Below, piece by piece: positions 38,311 to 47,603 of a DNA stretch of 64,000 nucleotides. A model generated the notes under the pieces. That model saw only the letters and a program-made list of their open reading frames with translations. It ran no database searches and was not told where the DNA came from. This DNA is from an uncultured Actinomycetes bacterium. GTDB taxonomy: Bacteria > Actinomycetota > Thermoleophilia > UBA2241. The stretch spans positions 32,001 to 96,000 of the forward strand of contig CAVYCN010000002.1 in NCBI GenBank assembly GCA_963767005.1. The letters run 5' to 3'. Each line of letters begins with the position of its first letter. Within the stretch, counting starts at the first letter, position 1. Position numbers and translations under genes: made by a program.

Positions 38311-38390
38311 GTGGGGCTGGGGGCTCAAGAGTGGGGAGTAATGGCCGATAAGTATTGCAAAGTGGGGAATGGTGGGTTAGAGTGGCGGCC
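38311..38390 (+). promoter_or_regulatory. dcw promoter with MraZ-binding GTGG direct repeats at 10-bp period
   Basis: AGTGGGGAAT/GGTGGGTTAG/AGTGGCGGCC (38361-38390) plus GTGGGG at 38311 and 38331. TTGCAA (38355)-N17-TAGAGT (38378). Confidence 0.75.
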
Positions 38391-38831
38391 ATGCAGCGCT
38401 CGGTGCTTCTGGGGGAGTTCGATTTCACGCTCGACGCGAAGAACCGCGTCGCCATCCCCGCACGCCTGCGGCCCGTCTTTGCCGAGGGCGTCTTTCTCAC
38501 CCGTGGCTTCGATCGCTGTCTCGCCGCCTTTCCGCCCGAGGAGTGGGACCGTTTCGTCGCCGATCAGACAGGGGACCTGCCGGCGATGAGCGAGAAGGGC
38601 AGAGAGGTCCGGCGCTTCCTCTTCGCCGCCGCCACCTTCGACGAGCTCGACCGTCAGGGGCGCATCACCGTGCCGGGGAACCTGCTGGGGTTCGCCGGGA
38701 TCTCGAAGGACGTGACGATCATCGGCATGCACGACCACCTTGAGATCTGGGAGCGCGGGGCGTGGGCGAAGTACCGCAAGCAGATGGAGGAGGGGGCCGA
38801 TGCTGCCGCAGACCAACTTGCACGTCAGTGA
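38391..38831 (+). CDS. mraZ: Transcriptional repressor MraZ
   Basis: LDAKNRVAIP and LDRQGRI repeats, IGMHDHLEIW. Confidence 0.95.
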   Translation: MQRSVLLGEFDFTLDAKNRVAIPARLRPVFAEGVFLTRGFDRCLAAFPPEEWDRFVADQTGDLPAMSEKGREVRRFLFAAATFDELDRQGRITVPGNLLGFAGISKDVTIIGMHDHLEIWERGAWAKYRKQMEEGADAAADQLARQ

Positions 38832-38838
38832 GTATGAG

Positions 38839-39771
38839 ATGGCGCTGGCTCACATACCGGTCCTGCTCGATGAGCTCGTGGACCTGCTCGAGCCGGCGCC
38901 CGGCGAGACCGCGATCGACGCCACCTTCGGCGCCGGCGGCCACGCTGCCGCCGTGGCGGCTCGCCTTGGCGCGGACGGCCTGCTGATCGCCTGCGACCGC
39001 GACCCGTCGGTCGCCGACTACGTCCGCGACGTCGCCGCCGAGGCTCCTTGCCGCACCGAGTTCTACCACGGCGACTTCGCCGACGTGCTGGCCGCGCGGC
39101 CCGACGCCTCGGCCGACATCGTGTATCTCGACCTCGGCGTGTCGTCGATGCAGCTCGACCGCCGCGAGCGCGGCTTCTCGTACGCCTGGGACGCGCCGCT
39201 CGACATGCGCATGGACCCCTCGCAGGGCGTGACCGCGCGCGACCTCGTGAACGAGCTCACCGTCCAGGAGCTCACCGACGTCTTCCGCCGCTACGGCGAG
39301 GAGCGCTACGCGGTCGAGATCGCGCGCCGCATCGACCGGCAGCGGGCCCTGCAGCCGTTCGAGAGCACCGGCCAGCTCGTCGACGCGATCAAGTGCGCGA
39401 TCCCGACGCCGGCCCGCTTCGGCGCCGGCAACCCGGCGCGCCGCGTCTTCCAGGCGCTGCGCATCAAGGTCAACAACGAGCTCGAGTCGCTGGCGCGCGG
39501 CCTGGAAGAGGCCTATCGGGTGCTGCGCCCGGGCGGCCGCCTCGCCGCGATCTCGTTCCACTCGCTCGAGGACCGCACGGTCAAGGAGTTCTTCAAGGGA
39601 CACGCCGCCGGCTGCATCTGCCCGCCGGGCCTGCCGGTGTGCGTCTGCGGTCACGAGCCGACGATGCGCGTCCTCACGCGCCGGCCGGTCACGCCGCGCG
39701 CACGCGAGATCGACACCAACCCGCGCGCGAAGGCGGCCAAGCTGCGCGCGGCGGTCAAGCTAGGGGCCTGA
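38839..39771 (+). CDS. rsmH: 16S rRNA m4C1402 methyltransferase
   Basis: HIPVL, DATFGAGGH, DLGVSSMQLD, PLDMRM, FHSLEDR. Confidence 0.95.
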   Translation: MALAHIPVLLDELVDLLEPAPGETAIDATFGAGGHAAAVAARLGADGLLIACDRDPSVADYVRDVAAEAPCRTEFYHGDFADVLAARPDASADIVYLDLGVSSMQLDRRERGFSYAWDAPLDMRMDPSQGVTARDLVNELTVQELTDVFRRYGEERYAVEIARRIDRQRALQPFESTGQLVDAIKCAIPTPARFGAGNPARRVFQALRIKVNNELESLARGLEEAYRVLRPGGRLAAISFHSLEDRTVKEFFKGHAAGCICPPGLPVCVCGHEPTMRVLTRRPVTPRAREIDTNPRAKAAKLRAAVKLGA

Positions 39772-39772
39772 G

Positions 39773-40192
39773 ATGGCGCCCGCCGGTGCGTCGGCGCGCG
39801 CCCTGCCGGCGCCCGACAGGCGTGAGATCGAGCGCCCCCCGGCGCGCCCGCAGCGCCGCCCGGAGCGGGCGCCGTCGCGCGCCACCCGCCTCAGCCATCG
39901 CTCGCTCACCACGCGGCTCATCGTCTTCGGCGTGCTCGTCGCCGCACTCGGCGCCGGTCGCGTCGCGCTCAGCTTCGCGGTGGTGCAGAAGAACCTGGCG
40001 ACCGACACGGTCGCCGGTCAGGTGCGGGTGGTGCAGGCCCGCAACCAGCAGCTCTCCGAGGAAGCGGCCACCCTGTCGTCGGCCCTCACCGTGCGCAACC
40101 TGGCTCAGAAGAAGTACCACCTGATCGTCGCTCCCGACGTGCAGTTCATCATGCTGCACGCGCACCACCCGGCGACCCACACGAGGCCCTAG
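39773..40192 (+). CDS. ftsL: Cell division protein FtsL-like
   Basis: TM helix plus coiled coil, positioned between rsmH and ftsI. Confidence 0.7.
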   Translation: MAPAGASARALPAPDRREIERPPARPQRRPERAPSRATRLSHRSLTTRLIVFGVLVAALGAGRVALSFAVVQKNLATDTVAGQVRVVQARNQQLSEEAATLSSALTVRNLAQKKYHLIVAPDVQFIMLHAHHPATHTRP

Positions 40193-41944
40193 GTGCCGGC
40201 CGGCGAGCGGCGCGGCGGCGGGCCGGGCAGCGGCGCCCGCGGCGGCGCGCGCCGACCGGCCCGTCGCCGCGCCGCTCGCGATGCCGCGAGCGTGCGCCGC
40301 ACCCTCGACGGCCGCGTGCGGCTGCTGCGCATCGGTTTCGTCGTCGCCTTCCTTCTGATCGGAGGCAAGGCCGTCGCCCTCACCGTGAGCGACGGCCACC
40401 TCGCCGCGATCGCCCGCGAGCAGCAGGTGCGCACCATCGCCCTGCCGGCCCACCGCGGCGCCATCGTCGACCGCAACGGCGTCGACCTGGCCGTCGCGCG
40501 TACGGCCAAGACGGTCTACGCCACGCCGTACATGCTGGCCGACCCGCTCACTGCCGCCAGGGAGCTCGCGGCGGCCCTCAAGCTCAAGTGGCGCCCCATC
40601 TACCGGGCCATCGACCACCCCAGGAGCGGCTTCGCCTACGTCGCTCGGCAGGCCGACCCCGCGCTCGCCGACAGGGCCACGGCGCTTGCCCTGCCGGGTG
40701 TCGGCAGCTACGTCGAGGAGAAGCGGGTCTACCCGCTGGACTCGGCGGCCGCGCAGGTGGTCGGCTACGCCGGGACCGACGGACACGGCCTCGCCGGCAT
40801 GGAGTACCGCTACGACCGCGAGCTGGCCGGCAAAGCGGGCCGGCAGGTCGTGATCGAGGACCCCGCCGGCCAGGCGCTGCGCACCATCCAGTCGGTGTCG
40901 CCGGTGTCGGGGAAGGACGTGCGCCTGACGATCGACAGCGGCATCCAGCTCGTCGCCGACAGCGTCCTCGCCACCACCGTGCGCCAGTTTCACGCCAAGG
41001 GCGGCACGGCGATCGTCGAGAACCCGAAGACCGGCGAGATCTACGCCCTCTCCAACGTGCCGCTGCTCAACGCCAATCACTTCGGCAGCGCGCCCCGCGA
41101 CCAGGGTAACCAGGCGGTGATCTACACCTATGAGCCCGGCTCGACCTTCAAGATGGTGACGGTCGCCGGCGCCCTGTCGGACGGCGTCGTCGCGCCCGGC
41201 ACCTCGTTCCTGCTGCCGCCGGCGCTCAAGGTCGGCGACCGCGTCATCCACGACGCCGAGACGCGCGGCACCGAGCGCATGACGGTACGCAAGATCCTCG
41301 AGGTGTCGAGCAACATCGGCGCCGTCACGATCGGCGAGCAGCTCGGCAAGGACCGCCTGCTCGACTGGATCGACCGCTTCGGCTTCGGCCGGCTCACCGG
41401 CATCGACTTCCCGGGCGAGGTGCCCGGCTTCGTCCTGCCCGCCGACAAATGGTGGTCCTCGACGATCGGCAACGTGCCGATGGGACAGGGGATCTCGGTC
41501 ACGCCCATCCAGATGGTCGCCGCCTACGGCGCGATCGCCAACGGCGGCGTCATGATGACGCCGCACCTGACCGCCCAGGTCGGCACGCATGTGATCAGGC
41601 CCGCGACGGGGCGCCGCGTGGTGTCGGCCGCGGTGGCGGCCGAGCTGCGCGCGATGCTCTCCGACGTCGTCGCCGACGGCACCGGCGTCAAGGCGCAGAT
41701 CCCCGGCTACAAGGTGGCCGGCAAGACGGGCACCGCCCAGAAGGCGCTGGCGAACGGGCTCGGCTACTCCAAGGTGAACTACGTCGCTTCGTTCATCGGC
41801 ATGGTGCCGGCCCGCGACCCGCAGCTCGTCGTGGCCGTGGTGGTCGACGAGCCGCGGCCCGACTACTGGGGCGGCGACGTGGCGGCGCCGGCCTTTCGCC
41901 AGATCGCAAGCTATGCCCTGCAGCGCCTCGAGATCGCGCCGTGA
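40193..41944 (+). CDS. ftsI: Division class B penicillin-binding protein
   Basis: RGAIVDRNG, EPGSTFK (SxxK), SSN, KTGT. Confidence 0.93.
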   Translation: MPAGERRGGGPGSGARGGARRPARRRAARDAASVRRTLDGRVRLLRIGFVVAFLLIGGKAVALTVSDGHLAAIAREQQVRTIALPAHRGAIVDRNGVDLAVARTAKTVYATPYMLADPLTAARELAAALKLKWRPIYRAIDHPRSGFAYVARQADPALADRATALALPGVGSYVEEKRVYPLDSAAAQVVGYAGTDGHGLAGMEYRYDRELAGKAGRQVVIEDPAGQALRTIQSVSPVSGKDVRLTIDSGIQLVADSVLATTVRQFHAKGGTAIVENPKTGEIYALSNVPLLNANHFGSAPRDQGNQAVIYTYEPGSTFKMVTVAGALSDGVVAPGTSFLLPPALKVGDRVIHDAETRGTERMTVRKILEVSSNIGAVTIGEQLGKDRLLDWIDRFGFGRLTGIDFPGEVPGFVLPADKWWSSTIGNVPMGQGISVTPIQMVAAYGAIANGGVMMTPHLTAQVGTHVIRPATGRRVVSAAVAAELRAMLSDVVADGTGVKAQIPGYKVAGKTGTAQKALANGLGYSKVNYVASFIGMVPARDPQLVVAVVVDEPRPDYWGGDVAAPAFRQIASYALQRLEIAP

Positions 41945-41977
41945 GCACGGCCGGCCGGTCTGATACCATTGGCCGGC

Positions 41978-43513
41978 ATGGACCTCGCCGCTCTCGTCGC
42001 CGTTCTTGACCAGTCCCGCGTCAACGGCGACCCCCACGTCGAGATCGGATCGCTCTCGAGCGACACGCGCGACGTCGCACCCGGGTCGCTCTTCTTCTGC
42101 GTCCCCGGACTCAAGGCCGACGGCCACGACTACGCGCCGCAGGCGGTGACCGCCGGAGCCGTCGCGCTCGTCTGCGAGCGGCCGCTCGCGCTGCCGGTGC
42201 CCCAGATCGTGGTGGCGAGCGCGCGCCGCGCCATGGCGCTCATGGCGGCGCGGTTCTGCGGCGACCCCACGCGCGCGCTGCGCGTGGCCGGCATCACCGG
42301 CACCAACGGCAAGACGACCACGGCCCATCTGCTGGCCGGCGTCTTCGCCGCCGCCGGCCTGCGGCCGGCGCTGCTCGGCACCGTCGCCAACCGCATCGCC
42401 GGCGTCGAACGCCCGGCCCGGCTCACCACGCCCGACTCGCTCGAGCTGCAGCGCCTGTTCGGCGAGATGGTCGACGGTGGCGACCGGTCGTGCGTCATGG
42501 AGGTCTCGTCGCATGCCCTCGCCCTCGACCGCACGACCGGCATCAGCTTCGCCGCCGTCGTGTTCACCAACCTCTCGCGCGACCATCTCGACTTCCACCC
42601 GTCGCTCGACGCCTACTTTGCCGCCAAGCGCACGCTCTTCCTGCCCGACGAGCGCCGTCGCGAGGGCGCCGTCGCCGTGGTGAACGCCGGCGACGAGCAC
42701 GGCCGGCGTCTGATCGCCGACTGCCGGCCGCTCTACGGCGACGACCTCTGGACATATGCGCTCGAGGATGACGGCGGCGCCGAGGGAGAGGTCGACTGCG
42801 CGGCAGCCGACCTCGCCCTCGGCGCCGCCGGCTCGACCTTCAGGCTGCGCGCGCCTCGCCTCGGACTCGACGAGGTGTTCACCATCGCGCTGCCGGCGCG
42901 CTTCAACGTAGCCAACGCCCTGACCGCCGCGACCGCCGCCCTCGCCATGGGCCTGCCCCTCACGGCGGTGCGCGAGGGGCTGAGCGGCGCCCGCGTCGTG
43001 CCGGGGCGCGTCGAGCCCGTCGATGCCGGTCAGCCCTTCAGCGTGCTCGTCGACTACTCGCACACTCCCGACTCGCTTGAGAACGTGCTGCGGGCCGTGC
43101 GAGCCGTCACCGGCGGCCGCCTGCTCACCGTGTTCGGCTGCGGCGGCGACCGCGACCGCGGCAAGCGGCCGCTCATGGGCGCGGTCGCCGCCGGCCTCGC
43201 CGACCTCGCCGTGCTCACCTCCGACAACCCGCGCGGCGAAGACCCCCTGGCGATCATCGCCGAGGTCATGACCGGCGTGCCGGCCGCGGCCGCCGGCCGG
43301 GTGCTGATCGAGCCCGACCGGCGCGCGGCGATCCGCCGCGCCCTCGCCGCGGCGCGCGCCGGCGACGCCGTCGTGATCGCCGGCAAGGGGCACGAGACCT
43401 ACCAGATACTGGGGCCGCGCACGATCCACTTCGACGACCGCGAGGTGGCCACCGAGGAGCTCACCGCGCTCGGCTACGGCGCCGGCGCCGCGGCCGCGGA
43501 GGGTCGATCGTGA
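41978..43513 (+). CDS. murE: UDP-MurNAc-dipeptide--meso-DAP ligase
   Basis: GTNGKTT, EVSSH, DYSHTPD, DNPR (meso-DAP specificity), AGKGHE. Confidence 0.95.
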   Translation: MDLAALVAVLDQSRVNGDPHVEIGSLSSDTRDVAPGSLFFCVPGLKADGHDYAPQAVTAGAVALVCERPLALPVPQIVVASARRAMALMAARFCGDPTRALRVAGITGTNGKTTTAHLLAGVFAAAGLRPALLGTVANRIAGVERPARLTTPDSLELQRLFGEMVDGGDRSCVMEVSSHALALDRTTGISFAAVVFTNLSRDHLDFHPSLDAYFAAKRTLFLPDERRREGAVAVVNAGDEHGRRLIADCRPLYGDDLWTYALEDDGGAEGEVDCAAADLALGAAGSTFRLRAPRLGLDEVFTIALPARFNVANALTAATAALAMGLPLTAVREGLSGARVVPGRVEPVDAGQPFSVLVDYSHTPDSLENVLRAVRAVTGGRLLTVFGCGGDRDRGKRPLMGAVAAGLADLAVLTSDNPRGEDPLAIIAEVMTGVPAAAAGRVLIEPDRRAAIRRALAAARAGDAVVIAGKGHETYQILGPRTIHFDDREVATEELTALGYGAGAAAAEGRS

Positions 43514-44910
43514 TCGGCCTGACGCTCGACGAGGTCGCGGCCGCCTGCGGCGGCCGCCTCGAGACGCGCGACTCCCTGGCCGTGGCCACCGGCGTGGCGA
43601 TCGACAGCCGCGAGGTGAAGCCCGGCGACCTGTTCGTCGGGCTGCCCGGCGAGAACTGCGACGGCGGCGACTTCGCCGCCGTCGCCCTGGCCGCCGGCGC
43701 CGTCGCCGCGGTCGTCACTCCGCGTGCCGCCGGCGCGCTGCGGGCCGGCACGTCGCGCGTCGTGGTCGACGACACGGGCCGCGCGCTGCGTGCCCTGGCC
43801 GCCGCGGTGCGGCGCCGTTCGGGGGCCGCGGTCGTGGCCATCACCGGCAGCGTCGGCAAGACCTCGACCAAGGACATCCTCGCCGCACTGCTCGCACCGG
43901 TGGGGCGCGTGGTGGCCACGAGCGGCAACCACAACAACGAGATCGGCGTGCCGCTCACCGTCTTCGAGCTCGACCGCAGCACCGAGGTGCTCGTCTGCGA
44001 GCTCGCCATGCGCGGCCGTGGCCAGATCGCCGAGCTCGCCGCCATCGTCAGGCCCGACGTCGGCGTGATCACCAACATCGCCCCGGTCCACCTCGAGCTC
44101 ATGGGCACCATCGAGGAGGTCGCCGCCGCCAAGGCCGAGCTCATCGCCGAGGTGGGCAAGGGCGCGCTCGTGGTGCCGTCCGACGAGGCCCTGCTCGAGC
44201 CCCATCTGCGCTACCACACGGGGCGGCTCGTCACCTTCGGCGGCGAGAGCGGCAACGTGACCGTCGCCGAAGCCGAGGTCCGCGGCCACGGCACCCACGC
44301 CCTGATCGACGCATTCGGGCGGCGCGCCGCCTTCGACTTCAACTTCAGCGGCGGCCACTACCTGCAGGACGCCCTCGCGGCGATCGGCGCCTTCATCGCC
44401 CTCGGCTACAACCTCGAGGACGCCAAGAAGGGCGCCGCTGCGGTCGAGTTCTCGGCGCTGCGCGGCCGTGTGACCGAGCTGCCCGGCGGCGGCTTGCTGC
44501 TGAACGACGCCTACAACGCCAGCCCGCTGTCGATGAAGGCCGCGATCGACCATCTCTGCGCGCTGGCCGGCGAGCGGCCGCTCGTGGCCGTGCTGGGCGA
44601 CATGTTCGAGCTCGGCTCCGGGGCGGTCGCCTTTCACCGCGACATCGGCCGGTACGCCGCCGAGCACGGCGTCCGTGTGATCGCCGTCGGCGAGCTCGCC
44701 CGCGCCTATGTCGCCGACGCCGCGACCGGCGACTGGTACGGCACGGTCGAAGAGCTGCTGGCGGCGCTGCCGGGGGCGGTCGCCTCCGGCAGCGCCGTCC
44801 TCGTCAAAGCCTCGCGTGCCGCCCGCCTCGAGCGCGTCGCCGACGCCATCCAGGCTCCGCCCGCGGCCCCCGCGACGCCCGCGGCCCCCGCCGCTCCCGA
44901 GGCGTCCTGA
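43510..44910 (+). CDS. murF: UDP-MurNAc-tripeptide--D-Ala-D-Ala ligase
   Basis: GSVGKTSTK, NNEIG.P, DAYNASP, GDMFELG, KASR. Confidence 0.95.
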   Translation: MIGLTLDEVAAACGGRLETRDSLAVATGVAIDSREVKPGDLFVGLPGENCDGGDFAAVALAAGAVAAVVTPRAAGALRAGTSRVVVDDTGRALRALAAAVRRRSGAAVVAITGSVGKTSTKDILAALLAPVGRVVATSGNHNNEIGVPLTVFELDRSTEVLVCELAMRGRGQIAELAAIVRPDVGVITNIAPVHLELMGTIEEVAAAKAELIAEVGKGALVVPSDEALLEPHLRYHTGRLVTFGGESGNVTVAEAEVRGHGTHALIDAFGRRAAFDFNFSGGHYLQDALAAIGAFIALGYNLEDAKKGAAAVEFSALRGRVTELPGGGLLLNDAYNASPLSMKAAIDHLCALAGERPLVAVLGDMFELGSGAVAFHRDIGRYAAEHGVRVIAVGELARAYVADAATGDWYGTVEELLAALPGAVASGSAVLVKASRAARLERVADAIQAPPAAPATPAAPAAPEAS

Positions 44911-45896
44911 TGTTCACCGCCCTCGCCGCCGGCATCACGTCGATGGTCGTCATCCTGGTCGTCGGGCCCTGGTTCATCGAGTGGCTGCGCCGCAACGAGT
45001 TCGGCCAGACGATCCGCGAGGAGGGGCCCGAGGGGCACAAGACCAAGGAGGGCACGCCGACCATGGGCGGCGTGCTCATCTGGCTCGCGGTGCTCGTGCC
45101 GTTCTTCATCTTCAGCCAGCTCTCGGTCGCCTCGTTCTCGGTGCTCGTCATCGCCCTCGGCTGCGCCTTGATCGGCTTCGCCGACGACTGGATGAAGATC
45201 ATCAAGGGGCGCTCGCTGGGGCTCTCGGCGCGCTGGAAGCTGCTGCTGCAGCTCGCCCTCGGTCTGCTCGCCGGCTTCATCGCCCTGCACTTCGCCGGAC
45301 TCACGACGAGCGTCACCATCCCCTTCTCGCACGCCCAGTGGCACCTCGGCACGGTCGGCTTCTACGCGCTCGTCTTCCTCGTGATCGCCTCGGCCAGCAA
45401 CACGGTCAACCTGACCGACGGCCTCGACGGCCTGGCCGCCGGCAGCGCGGCCATCGTGCTGCTCGCCTACGCCGGCATCGCCTTCATCATCGGTCGCCAC
45501 GAGCCCGACCCCGGCATCCTCGACCTCTCCGTGCTGTCGACCTGCATCGTCGGCGCCTGTCTGGGCTTTCTGTGGTTCAACACCTTCCCCGCCGACGTCT
45601 TCATGGGCGACACCGGCTCGCTCGGCCTGGGCGGCGCGATCGCCGGCCTCGCGATCCTCACGCGCACCGAGCTCCTGCTCATCGCCGTCGGGGGCATCTT
45701 CGTGATCGAGGGTCTGTCGGTGATCCTCCAGGTCGCGTCGTTCAAGCTCACCGGCCGGCGCATCTTCCTGATGGCGCCGCTCCACCACCACTTCGAGCTG
45801 CTGAACTGGTCGGAGACCAAGGTGATCGTGCGCTTCTGGATCGTCACGGCGATCCTCGCCGGCCTCGGTTTCGCGATCTACTACGCGACGTTCTGA
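44910..45896 (+). CDS. mraY: Phospho-MurNAc-pentapeptide translocase
   Basis: GTPTMGG, NLTDGLDG, FMGDTG, MAPLHHHFE. Confidence 0.96.
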   Translation: MFTALAAGITSMVVILVVGPWFIEWLRRNEFGQTIREEGPEGHKTKEGTPTMGGVLIWLAVLVPFFIFSQLSVASFSVLVIALGCALIGFADDWMKIIKGRSLGLSARWKLLLQLALGLLAGFIALHFAGLTTSVTIPFSHAQWHLGTVGFYALVFLVIASASNTVNLTDGLDGLAAGSAAIVLLAYAGIAFIIGRHEPDPGILDLSVLSTCIVGACLGFLWFNTFPADVFMGDTGSLGLGGAIAGLAILTRTELLLIAVGGIFVIEGLSVILQVASFKLTGRRIFLMAPLHHHFELLNWSETKVIVRFWIVTAILAGLGFAIYYATF

Positions 45897-46157
45897 CGGC
45901 GGGCTCCGCCGCGATGCCTCAAGCACGACTCGACCCCGCCGCCGCGCGCCTTCGCGGCGGCGCCCGGCTCGACTGGACCGCCGTCGTGCCTGACCTCGAG
46001 GAAGGGTCGAGGGGGACCCTCAAGTGACACGAGAGACTGTCTCGACCACAGGTCGAGGCCGGCGCTGCAGGGTTCGGCCCCGCGGGCCCGGAACAGCGAA
46101 GAAGAGGTCCGGACGACGCGGTCACGCGCGGCGTCCGGCCGACGGGAAGGAAGGACA

Positions 46158-47603
46158 GTGACCGGCAGCGCCATCGACGCTCGCGCCATCGCCGTGATCG
46201 GGCTGGGCCGATCGGGCCTCGCCGCCGCGCTGCTCGCGCGGCGCGAGCTGCCCGGCGCGACGCTCACCGTGATCGACCAGAAGCCCGCTGCCGCGCTCGG
46301 CGAGGCGCCGGTCCGGCTGCGCGCGGCTGGCGCCGACCTGCTGCTCGGCGAGGCGGCGCGGCTGCCGGCCGGCGTCGACCTCGTCGTCAAGAGCCCCGGC
46401 GTGCCCAACAGCGCGCCGGCGGTCGCCGCCGCCCTGGCGGCCGGCGTGACGATTTGGAGCGAGGTCGAGTTCGCGGCGCGTTTCCTCACCAACCGCTGGA
46501 TCGCGATCACCGGCACGAACGGCAAGACCACGACCACCGAGCTCACCGGCCAGATCCTGCGCGACGCCGGGCGCCCCGTCGAGGTGGCCGGCAACGTGGG
46601 CCGGGCGCTCGCCAACCTGCCCGGCGCGATCGACCCCGGGGCGGTCGTGGTCGCCGAGCTGTCGAGCTTCCAGCTCGAGCACATCGTGCGCTTCCGACCC
46701 GATGTCGCCGTGTTGCTCAACCTGACCGAAGACCACATCGACCGGCACGGCAGCTACGACGGCTACGTCGCCGCCAAGCTGCGCGTGTTCGAAAACCAGG
46801 GGGCCGCCGACCTCGCGCTCGTGAACCTGGACGACCCCGGCCTCGCCGCCGTGCTCGGCGACCTGCCGGGCCGCGCGCGCCGCGGCGGCTTCACGCTGGG
46901 CGCCCCGGCGGGCGCGGCCGGCACGCGGCCGGGCGCGGCCGCGGCCGGCATCGAGGCGCTGGCAGGCGTCGACGACGGCACGGTCTGGCTGCGCAGCGCG
47001 GCCGGTCGCGAGCCCCTCTGTGCGACCTCCGAGCTCGCCCTGAAGGGCGACCACAACCTGGCCAACTCGCTCGCGGCGGCGGCCGCGGCCACGGCGGTCG
47101 GCGTGGTCGCGGCCGACGTCGCCCACACGCTGCGCACCTTCGCCGGCGTCGCCCATCGCCTCCAGGTGGTCGGCACGGCCGGCGGCGTGACCTGGGTGAA
47201 CGACTCCAAGGCGACCAACGTCGACGCCGCCCTCAAGGCGCTCACGGCGTACTTCGGACCGGTGCACATGATCCTCGGGGGCTCGCTCAAGGGCGCCTCG
47301 TTCGACCCGCTCGCGGCCGGCACCGAGGGGCGTGTCAAGGAGGCCATCCTGATCGGCCAGGCGGCGGCGCCGCTGCGCGAGGCCTTCGAGCGGCGCGCCG
47401 CGGCGGGGGAGAGGGCGACGCCGTTCATCGTGCTGCCCGACCTGGCGGCCGCCGTGGCCCACGCCGCGGCGACGGCGGCGCCCGGCGACGTCGTGCTGCT
47501 CAGCCCGGCGTGCGCGAGCTTCGACCAGTATAGGAACTTCGAGGAACGGGGCGAACACTTCGCCGACCTGGTCAAGCGCCTCGAGGAGCACCGTCCGTCA
47601 TGA
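46158..47603 (+). CDS. murD: UDP-MurNAc-L-Ala--D-Glu ligase
   Basis: GLGRSG, SPG, GTNGKTTT, ELSSFQL, NDSKATN, LSPACASFD. Confidence 0.95.
   Translation: MTGSAIDARAIAVIGLGRSGLAAALLARRELPGATLTVIDQKPAAALGEAPVRLRAAGADLLLGEAARLPAGVDLVVKSPGVPNSAPAVAAALAAGVTIWSEVEFAARFLTNRWIAITGTNGKTTTTELTGQILRDAGRPVEVAGNVGRALANLPGAIDPGAVVVAELSSFQLEHIVRFRPDVAVLLNLTEDHIDRHGSYDGYVAAKLRVFENQGAADLALVNLDDPGLAAVLGDLPGRARRGGFTLGAPAGAAGTRPGAAAAGIEALAGVDDGTVWLRSAAGREPLCATSELALKGDHNLANSLAAAAAATAVGVVAADVAHTLRTFAGVAHRLQVVGTAGGVTWVNDSKATNVDAALKALTAYFGPVHMILGGSLKGASFDPLAAGTEGRVKEAILIGQAAAPLREAFERRAAAGERATPFIVLPDLAAAVAHAAATAAPGDVVLLSPACASFDQYRNFEERGEHFADLVKRLEEHRPS

Noticed and set aside
45914-46027. 37-aa ORF in the mraY-murD spacer
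   Set aside because: No RBS or recognisable features.
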